Source: the human T2T-CHM13v2.0 reference genome, Homo sapiens
Strand: one strand, 5' to 3'
Length of the DNA stretch: 64,000 bases
NCBI RefSeq assembly: GCF_009914755.1
Contig: NC_060927.1
Numbering within the stretch: position 1 is the stretch's first letter; each line of letters opens with the position of its first letter. Positions 1 to 13,735 of the stretch are shown here, piece after piece. Below the pieces are notes generated by a model. That model saw nothing but the letters and a program-made list of their open reading frames with translations, searched no databases and was not told where the DNA came from. The position numbers and the translations under genes are program-made.

Positions 1-1004
1 ATCTGGGCAAAGTAAATTGAAAATTTTTGGAAAGAATTCGCTATTCTTGGTGCCATTAAGAATATTTGTGATTCATAGGAGATCAAAACATCTACATTAA
101 TAGGAGTTTGGAAGAAGTTGATGCCAACCTTGATGTATTACTTGGAGGGATTTAAAACTTCAGGGAAAGAAGTAACTGCAGATGTGTAGAAGTAGCAAGA
201 GAATGTAATTAGAAGTGGAGCCTGAAGACATGAGTGAATTGCTACAGCCTCATAAACAAGCTTGAGCAGATGAGAAGTTGCTTCTTATGAATGAGCAAAC
301 AATGTGGTTTCTTAAGATAGAATCTACTTCGGGTGAAGATGCTGTGAACATTGTTGAAATAACAACAAATAATTTAGAATATTACATAAACTTCATTGGC
401 AGGGTTTGAGAGAACTGACTCCAATTTTGAAAGAAGTTCTACTGAGGGCAAAATGTCATCAAACATCAACGCATTCTATAGAGAAATCTTTTGTGAAAGA
501 GTCAATCAATGTGGCAAAGTTCATTGTTGTCTTATTTTTTTAAATTGCCACAGCCACCTCCAACTTCAGCAACCACCATCCTGATTAGTCAACAGACATC
601 TACATCATAGCAAGACACTCCAACAGCAATAATATTATGACTTGCTGAAGGACCAGATGTTTATTAGCACTTTTAAGCAGTACAGATATTTATATATTTA
701 TTTATTTATTATTTATTTCTGTAGAGATGAAGTCTCACTATATTTCCCAGGTTGGTCTTGAACTCCCAGCCCAGAGCAATCCTCCAGCATTGGTCTCCCA
801 AAGTGTTGGGATTACAGGCATGAGCCACCATGTCTGGTTAAGTAATTTTTAATTAAGGTACATTGATTTTCAGACAAATGCTATTGCATACTTATAGACT
901 ACACTATAGTGTAAACATAACTTTCATATGTACCGGGAAACCAAAAGATTCATGTGACTCACCTTTTTTGCAGTACTCTGTGCAATATCCTCAAGGTATG
1001 CCTG
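1..1004 (+). mobile_element. Tigger1 DNA transposon, 3' portion (decayed transposase C-terminus and right TIR), interrupted by an Alu monomer
   Basis: Matches remembered Tigger1 consensus throughout (GGAAGAAGTTGAT..., GAAGATGCTGTGAACATTGTTGAAAT); ends GGTATGCCTG followed by TA target dinucleotide. Confidence 0.9.
689..838 (-). mobile_element. Free left Alu monomer (FLAM-like) inserted in Tigger1
   Basis: T-rich tail then GTAGAGATG..TCTCACTA..CCCAAAGTGTTGGGATTACAGGCATGAGCCACC; single arm only. Confidence 0.85.
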
Positions 1005-1039
1005 TAATAATATAAAGAAAGCTGAAGTGAAGGCATAGA

Positions 1040-1670
1040 GCTGTGTGTATGTGGTGGCTATGGATTCAGTATTTCTGTTTTGGATGTGTTCCACTTAAGA
1101 TATATAGGAGGAAGTGTTGAATTTGCATACCTGTAGCTCAAAGAACTCTAGACCAAAGATTTAAATGTTGAAATTATCCAATAGAAATGATATTTAACCC
1201 TCAGAAATATGCTGTGAAATCACCTTGGCTGAAAGTGGGGAGATGGAAAGAAACAGGCACATTTCCAAAGCTGTTATTTGGAGATTAGGTAGAGAAGGAG
1301 AAACCAGCAAAGAAGACTGAAAGGTAGAGGAAGAAAAGAGATTAATGTGGTGTCATGGAAGTCAAGAGGTAAAATTTCTCAAGAAAGAGGAAGAGATTGT
1401 TTGAAACATGCTGAGAAGCAACTGAGTTAAATGCATGGAGATAAGTTTTTCATCGATTTTAGCAAAGTTGAGATTTTGCATGACTTTGAAAAGGACAGTT
1501 TCCATAGAGTGGTAGGGAGTGAAGTCCAGATAAAAAGCTATATGGGAGGTGAGGACAAATAATACAAACAATATTTTTTAGGAACTTTGTCATGGAAAGG
1601 AATAGAAAAATGAACAGTGGTTGTAGAAGAATGAGAGGCCAAGGTCAAGTTTTACTTTACGTTGGATTAT
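1040..1670 (-). mobile_element. L2 LINE fragment
   Basis: GA-rich degenerate sequence typical of antisense L2 (GTGGTGTCATGGAAGTCAAGAG..., GATTTTAGCAA..). Confidence 0.65.
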
Positions 1671-1677
1671 TCTGGAG

Positions 1678-1861
1678 CAGTGATTTTCAGACTGTATCTT
1701 ACCTCAGAATTACCTAATGGGTTTATTTGGAAAACCAATGACTGCTCTTCAGAGTTTCTGATTGAGTAGGACTAGGGTAGAATATGAGAATTTGCATTTC
1801 CAACAAGTTTCCACAAGATACTGATGCTATTGACTCGGGGACCACACTTTGAGATCTGCTA
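1678..1861 (-). mobile_element. MER5A (hAT-Charlie MITE)
   Basis: GAGAATTTGCATTTCCAACAAGTT...GGGGACCACACTTTGAGA is the reverse complement of the MER5A consensus. Confidence 0.85.
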
Positions 1862-4800
1862 CTCTAGAATATGTGTGTGTGCTGCAAGAAATGGTCCTAT
1901 ATAGAGGAAGACATTGGTGAGGCAAGAAAGGAAGAAGTTTAGGAGCAAAGTTCTTGAAAATATTAAGGCCTGGGATGCATTGCACAAATGTCTTTTATTG
2001 TAGCAGGGAGACTGTCTCTATGTGGACAGGAAGAAGAGATTGGCGCTCCCCATATTCAGGTCCCTTGACCCTTCTCTGTAGGTCCTTTCTGCTTCTAAAT
2101 GTAGGTCTAACCTGCACTGGTTAGATGCAGTTAAAACTCCTTATATGGTTCATCATACAGGGGTTTTAGGGCAACACTGGTCAGTTACTCTAACTGCTAA
2201 CACTCATTTGACCTTCTGCCTCTTCCCTGCCCACAAGACACCAGCTTTGGCATCAGTAAATCTGCATGTTCCTTTCAACCAGGACTTTAAATACTTGCCT
2301 AGTGGAACCCTAGGGATGTCGAGAAATTACTTTGGAGGTTGCTACTCTACAGGAAGGAGTGAAGATCATGATATCTACAACTAGAACACCTCTACTGGCA
2401 TGTAACTTATACATTGGGATTCTGAATGTTTCGATTTGAAATAGCAGAAAATGATTTAAAATGCACAGCCTTGTAGATGAATGTGTGTCTCTAAGTCCTA
2501 GCTGCCTTCTCTAACATGAGTTATTAACTTTATAACCTGTGATACCTCAGTGCCCCAACACAGATTCCTATCCCTCAATATTACCCAGGGACTGGAGTCT
2601 ACTCCTGGACCCCAGTTTTATGTTTGAGACTCTACTCCATGTTGATATTTGCCTGCATGAATCTAAGCACAGTTAATACTTTTTAACTCTCATGCCCATG
2701 ATCTGCCAAAATGAAATGAGATGTATATCTTTCTTCATTGGACGTTTTTTAGTGCCACCTGCTTGTCTGGATGAATGTCACATTCTGTCTATCACTGAAC
2801 TCATGAATAGGTAAAACTTGTTCCTGGATGTTTCTCCCCAGTGTTTTCTCAGCTACAGTGGCTGAGGTTGATTTCGGTTGTCTGCTTCTCCACTGCATCC
2901 CAAGCACATTTAACTCTTCAGTGTCACCATACCTTAGGAGATGGGCCAGTAGGGAAACAATGAACGATTTGGGGCAGAGGTTTGTATAGGAACCTCTTTG
3001 GCTTAGGGAAACTTACGCTGTAATCACATGCAAGACAAACAAGGATGAAGAGGTGGTAAACAGACAGACATCTATGGATAAGGCTGAAACAATAGTCTAA
3101 GTGAAAGGTTAAAAGACCTCAAAGTGACAAGTAAAAGGAAGAAAGGAATTAATCAGGAGATAAATGAATACGTAGAACTTTGTTGTAGACATTACTTCCT
3201 GGCACACAAGAGGGTTTAACTCAACCATCCTTTGAAGGTAGATATAGCCATATAATCTGCTTCAACTAAAGAAATGATTTTGTAACTTCCAGGTAAAAGC
3301 ATTTAAGAACTGGAGCAAGGTTCTCCATGCCCTTTCTTCCCTCTTCAACCTGGAGGTATGTATTGTTTACGAGAGCCAGAGAGCAAAACAACCTGGATAA
3401 TGAGTCTTCATTGGGAGAATTGTCCTGGAAAGCCACTCAGATGCCCATTAAACTAGGGTGTTATGCTAAATACACCCTTTGCTGAAGGGAAGAGAGGAAA
3501 GAGAAAGAGACAGTTTCTGCAAATAATCTAGCCTAGCCTGTCTGGTGCAAACTTTATCAAGTATTATTTTACTTCTTGGCAAAGTACGACCAGAAATTTA
3601 AACAACACAACCCCTCCACCATCAGCCAGTCTTTCACTTGCTCAGTCATTGCCCATTTCTTCTCAGAAAGCTGAGTGCATGTGTTTTTGCAATGCCCTAG
3701 ATAAAATAAACTTTATAAACATCTGCTATTTCAGCACAATATAGTATGTGTTTCCCTGTTTTTCTTTATGCATCTCTCATTTCTGATGTAAGGCAGTCCT
3801 TAAACATTCCCAGGGTCAGACCTACAAACACCTGAGAAAGAGAGAAAAAGAGACCTAATTTTCATCCTTTTGTTCTTTTTTTAGTTTCTTTAAACTACAG
3901 CTCAAAATTTGGCATTGCCATTTTTATAATGGATTTTGTCTTTCCCTTGGGCAGTTAGTGACCTAAGATCCTTTGAGTTTGAAGGAAATCAAAATTGTGG
4001 AACCTTTCTGAGGCCTGGGTCTAATTGTCTCTCTAGTTAAATTCAGCAACAAATTCTTTGTTAAAATCTTTATTTGAAAATAGCACATTATTGTTAGACA
4101 ATAAAATAATCTGTGGAACTCACAAAAGTCCACATTTATCCTCTCCAAAACATCCTGACCATGTATCTTCCTGAAAACTTTCTGTTTCTCTTTAGGACAT
4201 GGTTAAATAGCTTTTCACTTCAATGCCTCATGACACTAGCTATTTCAAGCACTAGAAAATGCTAGGCATTGTACATTAGAATTACTTTCCACAAAATATC
4301 AACACATTGTCAACCAACAATACATTCAAAATAGTGACGCAGTGTATCTGCAATAGTGAGGATAATACCAAGTAAAATATTGGGATAAAACTGGAGAAAT
4401 TCAACATAGAATTTATTTTGATTAAAAATGCAAGAGGATTTTTGTAAATTGCTAACATTTTAAAAATATGTGTATTTTAAATTATATTCTAAGACTTACT
4501 GATAATTTAATATATAGAATTGCTGAGCTTATAGCTAGAGAATTATTTATAAAAAGAAATTGTGAGAAAATTGCAAGCTGACTTAACAACCACCTCTTTA
4601 TAACCCTCATTCTTTTTTTATATAATACTCATTCTTGAGGCAATACAACAATACTACAGGATTATATTTGACCTCTTTGTGGCTAAATTGGCTGTGTGAG
4701 GTCTGATAAGAATTCTGAGAAGCCTATGGTTTTCAAGCAAGTGTTCATTATTCCCATGAGGATTATGATCTGTAATGCATACTTATCATATTGATGTGGC

Positions 4801-5075
4801 CAAATCTTGTGTACATATAATATTGTCTGAGAGAGCACAAAAGCTGAAACCCCTGATGGTTGCATTCATTCTGTGGCACTTTCCAGACAAAAAGAAAGAG
4901 CTCCACAGACTAACACACTTCATGAGAAATTAATCTGCTGCAACATGTACATGTACATGGGCTTCAGCCTGGATTGGTTCTGAGATTGGTAGAGACAGGA
5001 ATAGGGACACCAGAATAGCCAGGAGTGAATTCTGTGAAGGTAAGAGAAGCCTATAAAATACATTGGGTGATAAGC

Positions 5076-5239
5076 CCTTGATGTCCAAAATGTGGTCCAT
5101 GAAACAGCAGAATCAACATCACCTGACAGCCTGTGAGACATGCAGAATCTTGGGTATCACCCTAGACCTCTGGATTCAGATGGCCTTTTAACAGGATCTT
5201 CAGGTGATTCTTTTGCACACTAAAGTTTGAGCAGCACTT
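5076..5239 (+). mobile_element. MER5A/MER5B MITE
   Basis: AAATGTGGTCC...CAGGTGATTCTTTTGCACACTAAAGTTTGAG. Confidence 0.8.
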
Positions 5240-6249
5240 GCTTGTACAGAATTAGCTTTTAGGATTAGGTCCTAAAAGAAATCACGTTGCTTCCAAATAA
5301 AACTTCAGATCAAGTAAGAATCAATGGCCCTAGCAAAATAGTTACTTCAGCTACTATTATGTTCCTCCTTAGGTTTGGTAAGGGAATCTGCTTAAACTTC
5401 TGGGAATTTTGAATGATACCGCTACACCAGTGGTGTCGTCTAATCTGCTTAAACTTCTGTCAGTATCCCCTTGGGTTTTGTGCTGTTATAAAGGTGATGC
5501 TAATGTGGTTACTTTTCTTCTTCTGTGAATTAGCTGTGAATAATGAAATTAAACATTTAATATAAAAGGAAGAAGACAGTCAATCAACATTGCTCCAATA
5601 CTACATCCCTTCCATGTTCTGTGCAGAGCATTTTTAATTCATTAATTTATTCATTTGACCTATTTTATTAATCATGTAGCTTATGCCAGGCACTGCACTT
5701 GGCTCTGGGAACACAGTGGAAGAATATATTCCTCAGCACCATGTGGCATCCTTTGCTAACTATTTAATGTAAGAAGATAATAAATAGTTTTCCAGGATGG
5801 GGATTGTAAAATGTGAAGGGAGATTTTGAAGATTATTTCTAGGTGAGTGGGTTTGTTTGTTTGTTTTTTGTCCTTTGTAATGTCAGGGCACATTTTAACT
5901 TAGCAATTTGTATAGAATTCACAGTATTCTCTATTCTTTTGGGTATATCATCTCGTTAACCAGATGATATGCTCCTCCAATCAAGAGCTCCCTCTTCATT
6001 TGCCCTAGTGCCTAGCAAAGCACCTGACTTAGTAAGTGCCTTTGATGATCTGAACTAGCTTCTCTTTGAGAGACTGCTGGAAACCTGCCTTTGGCATGAG
6101 TCAATATTGAGCTCAATATTTGACATCCTATTCAAAGTAACCACTTGAACAGTAACTTCATAGCTAGTGCCACTGTTTTAGACAGTGTTTATGATTTCTT
6201 ACCAAGATGACAGAAAATGATGCTAATTAAAGAAGAGAACAACCACTAC

Positions 6250-6465
6250 CATTAATTGAGCCACTAGAAGTATAAAGCACCTCATTATTTTGAATATATA
6301 ATCTTCACAATGTTATAATATTTTAAATTATTTGTGATATAATGCATCTTTTACAGATAAGGAAATTGAGGCTGAAAGAGCTCAAATGACTTGCATATTA
6401 TCATAGGACTAATAATGGGCAGTGTTATTATTCAAGCTCAACTCTGACTCCAAATACTATACTAA
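6250..6465 (-). mobile_element. MIR SINE
   Basis: Core TTTTACAGATAAGGAAATTGAGGCT...CTCTGACTCCAAA. Confidence 0.75.
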
Positions 6466-7264
6466 TTGTGCACATCAAAATTAATACCCATAGTTATAAT
6501 GACCACAGGTATTTTTATATAATTTTATTTTCAAAGTATTATATTTAGGAATGAGGAAAGAGAACCCATTTCCTTCAGATATTAGAATTTTGAGAAAAAC
6601 TTCTCCCCTTGCACTGAGCAATTAATGTGCATTAGGAAGTGGGTCAGGAAAAGTTTTCAATAAGCAAGATTTTCAGCCCCATCCTTTCAAAGACAATGTT
6701 TCACATTCATTTATTAATTCATCCAACAAGCAAATTCTTAGAGTATATTTGCCAGATGTCCTTGGCACCAGGGACTTCAGGATGAACAGACTCAATTCCT
6801 ACCCTCAAGTTGCTCTCACCACTGGAGACATACTCTATGACCTCCAAACCTTAAAATATTTACTAGCTGGGTCTTTATAGAAAACATCTGCTGACACTTA
6901 GAATACATAAATGTGAAACTCAGAAAAGAGGTCAGATCTGGGAATTATTAGAATATAGAAACTATTTAAAGCCATGAGACAGGATAAGATCACTGAGGGA
7001 AGAAGGAAAAATCTGAGAATTGAGCTCTGGATCACAGCTGTGCTCTGCTCAATGTGGTGGTTGAGGGCAAGGAGTGTGACATAAGAGACACTAGCAATTG
7101 AATACATCTCAGTTAACTACCAGTTGTGTTTCCTTGGGCTAGTTATATAAACTTTATGAACCTCAGCACTCTCTAAGCAAATTAAGAGTAAAAGAATCCA
7201 CCTTCTATCATGGACAATAAGGATGCTAATTCGTATAAAGTACCTGGCTTTTTAACGACAGGCC

Positions 7265-7500
7265 TATAATGGTTAGAAGCACAGACAAGTGGGTTGGAAC
7301 CAGAGCTCTGCCACTTACTAATTCTGTGAGCCTTGTCAAGATCTTTATTCTCTCTGTGCCTCCATTTCTTTAGCTGCAAGATGGGGATAATAATAATAAT
7401 ACTTGCCTTATTAATTTTTGCAGATGACACTGAATTGATTCATGGAAAACATTTAGAACAATGTCTTCCAAATAGTAAGATCTATATAAGGGTTAGCTAC
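7265..7500 (+). mobile_element. MIR SINE
   Basis: CTCTGCCACTTACTAATTCTGTGAGCCTTG...CTCTGTGCCTCCATTTC...ATGGGGATAATAATA. Confidence 0.8.
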
Positions 7501-8987
7501 AATTAAATAGTTAACAAGAGCTGTTGTTAGTATCTGCTCAAGGGGCCACACTTCTGTCTGTGAGGGCTTTTCCAATAAAGAAACATACTGGAGAAAACCC
7601 ACAGGGGAAATCAAACTGCACTAACTAAGCAAGCTCTTCCCTTGAAGCAGAAACAAATGGGTGCTAGAGATAGAAAAGGAAGAGCAAATCAGGCAAAATT
7701 CAATAAGGTGCTGTTCCACCAGAACAAGCTGAGTCTCGGAGAGAACTCTAAACAGGGCACTAAACAATAGAAATTGAGTTTCAGGCATTGAGCCACAATT
7801 TGAGTGATTCAGCACACACACAGGCCCTGGTGTTAGAAGTTTGCATCACTAGGGCAAAAGTTTTTACGTAAAAAAGTCATTTATATCTTACACTTGGTTT
7901 TATTCTAAACTAATAAATGATGGGCATTCAGTCCATACTTTCCCCCTCATTTCCCTGAGTAATTACTCGAAGTGAGCTCATCTGTAAATACTCACCATTC
8001 ACAGAGTCTGCCACTGTTTTCTCTTTGGCTCACCAACATTTTGAGAGGTCAGTGGGTCTACTGTAGTCACTCAAATGGAAAATGTGAAAAACGCCTGAAG
8101 ATTAATGGATTAGGAAATTTTGAGCACAAACTCCATTTGGCACTGCACATACATCAACTTAGAGAATGATATAAAAGAAAATAAGAACCCAAAGAGGGCT
8201 CTTACTCTCCTTTCAAGGTCCAATAGAGCCAAGGGCTAAGAAATTGGAAAACCTTCTTAGCCTACCTATATACTTTTCTCCCATAGCATTATATCGGCAA
8301 CTCTGTTCCTTTTCTGCTTCTTGCGACCTAGAAAATCCCCCTTCATCCTTCAATACTCAGGGCAAATGTCACCTATGATGTTATGCATTATCATTCCCCC
8401 AAAACTGAATTAATTGCATCTTTGTACTAAGCTACCTTCGGTTTTGGTACTTTTTACTATTACATGTTGTGATGTAGTACACCTGGAAGTTCCTACCACT
8501 AGACCATAATTTCCTGCAGAACATTAAGATTACTCTGTCTTTATCTCCAGTGATTGTGAGTACACTAACATGGCCCCCTGAATTTGTAATCATGGATCAA
8601 GAGTTTCTGTATTCCCAACCATGGGGGCGGAGCAAGATGGCAGAATAGAAGTCTCCACACATCGTCCCTTTTGCAAGGACACCAATTTAACAACTACATC
8701 TACAAAAAAATTAAAAGCACCTTCATAAGAACGAAAACCAGGTGAACACTCATAGGACCTAGTTTTAACTTCATATCATTTACAGAGGCACTGAAAAGGA
8801 TGCCTTGAATCATGGATGCCACCCCACCCTCATCCGCCTGCAGCAGCAACATGGTGTGGAGAGTGTTTTGGTGCTCTGGGGAGAGGGAGATCACAGCATT
8901 TGTGAGACACTGAACTTACTGCTACCCTGTTATAATAGAAAATAAAATCAGACCAAACTCAGCTAACACCTGCTCATGGAGGGAACA

Positions 8988-9227
8988 TTTTTTTAAATTA
9001 TACTTTAAGTTCTGAGATACATGTGCAGAACATGCAGGTTTGTTACGTAGGTATACATGTGCCATGGTGGTTTGCTGTACCCATCAATCCGTCATCTACA
9101 TTAGGTATTTCTCCTAATGCTATCCCTGCCCTAGCCCCACACCCTCCAGCAGGCCTTGGTGTGTGATGTTCCCCCGCCATGCCCATATGTTCTCATTGTT
9201 CAACTCCCACTTATGAGTGAGAACATG
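8988..9227 (-). mobile_element. L1PA7-like 3' end inserted in the L1MA 5'UTR
   Basis: TTATACTTTAAGTTCTGAGATACATGTGCAGAAC...CATCTACATTAGGTATTTCTCCTAATG. Confidence 0.9.
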
Positions 9228-12200
9228 TAAACCAGCCCTAGCCAGAGAAGAATCGCTGATCCAAGTAGTCCAAACTTGAGTTCCCACAAGCCTCACTACT
9301 ACAGGCTAAAGTGCTCTGAGACCCCAACTAAACTTGAAAGGCAATCTAGGCCACATGGAATGCAAGTCCTAGTGCTAAACTGGGACCAGTAACAATGGAC
9401 TGGGGGGACACATGACCTGCTGAGACACTAGCTGGATCAGCTAAGGGAGTGCTGGTACCACCCCTTCTCTAACCTCAGGCTACACAGCTCATGGCTCCAA
9501 AAGAGACCCTTTTCCTCTGATTGAGGAAAGGGTAGGGGAGAGTGAGGAGGACTTTGTCTTACATCTTGTATACTAGCTCAGCTAGAGCAGGATAGGACAT
9601 CAGTCAGAGTCATGAAGTCTCCTTTCCAGAACCTAGCTCCCAGACAACATCTCTAGACAAACCCTGGGCTAAAAGGGAACATGGTGCCTTGAAGAGAAGG
9701 ACCCAGTACTGGCAGGATTCATAATCTGCTAACTGAAGAGCCCTTGGTCTGTGAATAACCAGTGATACCCAGGTACTACGTTATGGACCTTGGATGAGGC
9801 TCTGAGACTTCCTGGTTTCAGGTGAGACTCAGCACAATCCCAGCTATGGTGGCTATGGGGCAACTCCTTCCATGTAAGAAAATCAGAGAGAAAAGTAAGG
9901 GGGTCTTTTCTTACACCTTAGGTACAGTTGGGCCACAGAGTTGTAGATCACCAAGCCAGCACTTGGGGTCCCTGACTCCAGAACTTGGCTCTTGAATGGC
10001 ATGTCTGGACCTTCCCTGGGCCAGAGCGGAGCCCACTGCCCTGAAAGGTGAGTCCCAGGCCAGGAAGCACTCACCACAAGCTGACTTAAGAGCACTTGGG
10101 CCTTAAGGGAACATCGATGGTAGTCTGGCAGTACTTCACAAGGGCTTGTGGTGGCAGTGGCCATGGGGTGAGGCTCCCCTGCCTATGGAAAGGAGAGGGA
10201 AGAGTGGGAAGGACTGCATCTTATAGTTTGAGTACCAGCTCATCTACAGTTCAATATAACACTGGGTAGACATCTAAGAATTTCGACTCTAATCTCTGGT
10301 TCCTGCATGGCACCTCTGGACCTACCTGGGGCCTGGGGGAACTCATCAAACTGAATGCAAGAACACAGTCTTAGCTGCCTTTGGCCCATGATGATTGTAA
10401 ATCCCCCGGGCCTTGAGCAAACATAGGCCATAGGCCATAGCCAGAGAGTGGTTACAGCAGGCTTTGGACAAGACCAAGTGCTGTATTGGCTTCAGGTTTG
10501 ACCCAGCGCAGTCCTAGTGGTGGTGTCCACAGGAGTGCTTGCGTCACTCCACCCCAGTTCCAGGTGGCTCAGAACAGAGAAAGAGACTCCATTTGCTTGA
10601 CAGAAAGTAACCGAAGAGAATAAGACTCTCTGCCTGGTAATCTAGAGAGTTCTCCTGGATCTTGTAAAAGACCATCAGGGTGGTACCTCAATGAGTCTAC
10701 AAGAACCACAGTGTTACTAGGCTTGGGGTTTCCCCTAAAGCAGACACAGCTTAGATCACAATATGTAAGTCCTTTCAAATACCTAGAAAGCCTTCTCAAG
10801 AAGGATGGGTATGAACAATCCCAGACTGAGAAGACTACTAAGAATCCCTAATTCTTCAATGCCCAGACACAGACCAACATCTACAAGTATCAAGACCATC
10901 CAGGAAAACATGACATCACCAAATGAACTCAATAAGGCACAAGAAACCAACCCTGGAGAAACAGAGATATTTGACCTTTCAGACAGAGAATTCAAAATAA
11001 CTTTATTGAGGAAACTGAACAAAATGTGAGAAAACACAGAGAAGGGATTCAGAATTTTATCAGATAAATTTAACTAAGAGATTTAAATATTTGTTAAAAG
11101 TCAAGAGAAATTCTAGAGCTGAAAAATACAATTGGCATATTGAGGAATGTATCAGAGTCAAAGTAGCAGAATTGATCAAGTGCAAGAAAGAATTATTGAG
11201 CTTGAAGACAGGCTATTTGAAAATACACAGTTGGAGGACACACATACACAACAAATAAAAAATAAAGAAGCATGCCTACAAGATCTAGAAAATAGCCTCA
11301 CAAGACCGAATCTAAGAGTGTTGGCCTTAAAGAGGAGGTTGAGAAAAAGATAAGGGTAGAAAGTTTATTCAGAGGGATAATAATAGAGAACTTCCCAAAC
11401 CTAGAGAAAGATATCAATATCCAATGAAAGTTATGGAAAACCAAGCAGATTTAACTCAAAGAAGACTACCTGAAGGCAGTTAACAATTAAACTCCCAAAA
11501 GTCAAGGATAATGAACAGATGCTTAGCAGTGCAAAAGCCTTATTGGAAAAAGAAAGGATTCTAAGAGCAGCAAGGGAAAATAAAAAAAAAAAATAACATA
11601 CAATGGAGCTTCAATACATCTGGCAGCAGAATATTCAGTGGAACCCTATAATCCGGGAGAGAATGGCATGACACATTTAAAGTGCCAACGGAAAAAAAAA
11701 AAAAAACCTTTTACTCTAGATTATATGTGGTAAAAATATCCTTCAAACATGAAGGAGAAATAAAGGCTTTCCCAGAGAAACAAAAACTGAGGCATCTCAT
11801 CAATACCAGACCTGTCTTACAAGAAATGCTAAAAGGACTATTTTAATCAGAAATAAAATAATGATAATAAGCAATAAGGAATCATCTGAAGATAAAAACT
11901 CACTGGTAATAGTAAGTACACAGAATATTTTACACAAACACAAAATATTCTAACACTGTAACTGTGTTGTATAACCTACTCTTAAGTACAAAGGCTAAGT
12001 GATAAACCAATAAAAATAATAACTACATGTCACTTTTAAGACATATACAGCACAATAAGATATAAACAGAAGCAACAGAAAGCTAAAAGGTTGGGGGGAC
12101 AAAGTTAAGGCATAGAATCTTTATTAGTATTCTTTTTGCTTGTTTGTTTGTTTGTTTATGCAAACAGTGTTAAGTTATCATCAGCTTAAAATGATGGGTT

Positions 12201-12721
12201 ATAAAACAGTATTTACAAGCCTCATGGTACCCTCAACCAAGAAACATGCAATGAATGCACAAAACATAAAAAGCAAGAAACTAAATCATATCACCAGAGA
12301 AAATCACCTTCACTAAAAGAAAGATGGGAAAAAAGAAAGAAGGAAAATAAGACCACAAAACCATCAGAAAACAAGTAACAAAATGGCAGGAGTAAAGTAT
12401 TTACTTATCAATAATAACATTGAATATACACAGACTAAACTCTTCAATCACAACACATAGAGTGGCTTAATGGATAAGAAAACAAGACCCAATGATCTTT
12501 TGCCTACAAGAAGCACACTTTACCTAAAAAAACACAGATAGACTGAAAGAAAGGAATGGAAAAAGATATTCCATGCCAATGGAAACCCAAAAAGAGCAAA
12601 AGTACCTATACTTATATCAGACAAAATAAATCTCAAGACAAAAACTGTAAGAAGAGATAAGGAAGGTCCCTATATAATGATAAAGTAGTAAATTCAGCAA
12701 GACGACATAACAATTTTATAA

Positions 12722-12728
12722 ATATATA

Positions 12729-12781
<53 letters not shown>
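12722..12781. repeat. (TG)n(TA)n microsatellite inside the L1 ORF2 endonuclease region
   Basis: Direct inspection. Confidence 0.95.
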
Positions 12782-12784
<3 letters not shown>

Positions 12785-13735
12785 GTCAGCACTAGAGCAC
12801 CCAGATATGTAAAGCAAATATTATTAAAGCAAAAGAGAGAGATAGGCCCCAGTACAATAACAGCTGGAAACACTTTCAACATTGGACAGATCTTCCAGAT
12901 AGGAAATCAACAAAGAATTATCAGACTTAATCTGCACTATAAACCAAAAGGACCCAATACATATTTATAGAATATTTTGTCCAAAGCTGCAAAATAAATA
13001 TTCTTTTCCTCAGCGTTTGGATTATTCTCAAGGATAGATCATATGTTAGGTCACAAAACAGGTCTTAAAATATTAAAAACAATAAAATAATATCAAGCAT
13101 CTTCTGACCACGTGGAATAAAACTAGAAATCAACAATAAGAGGAATTTTTGAAGTCATACAAATATATGGAAATTAAACAATATACTCCTGAATGACCAG
13201 TGGGTCAATGAAGACATTAAGAAGGAAATTGAAAAATTTCTCAAAACAAATAATAACGGAAATGACATACAAAAACCATGGGATACAGCAAAAGCAGTAC
13301 TAAGGGGGAAGTTTATAGCTATAAATGCCTACATCAAAAAAGATAAAAACTTCAAATAACCTAATGATACCTCTTAAAGCACTAGGAAAGCAAGAGCAAA
13401 CTCAAAATTAGTAGAAGGAAAGAAATAATAAAGGACAGAGCAGAAATAAATGAAATTGAAATGAAGAAAGCAATAAAAAGAGCAATACAACAAAAGTTGG
13501 TTGTTTGAAAAGTTAAACAAAATTGACAAACCTTTAGCAAGACTAATAAAAAAAGAGAGAAGATTCAAATAAAATCAGAGATAGAAAAGGAGACATTACA
13601 ACATACCAAAGAAATTCAAAAGATCATTAGTGGCTACTACAAGAAACTACATGCCAATAAATTTAAAAATCTAAAAGTAATAAAGTCCTAGATACATATA
13701 ACCTATCAAGATTGAACCATGAAGAAACTTAAAAT

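Noticed and set aside
396-584. Tigger1 ORF as a domesticated TIGD-like gene
   Set aside because: Upstream stops and frameshifts; ordinary decayed copy.
5385-5459. Repeat-spacer-repeat resembling a minimal CRISPR unit
   Set aside because: Only two 18-bp repeats, primate genomic context and no cas genes. No prokaryotic system is present in the window.
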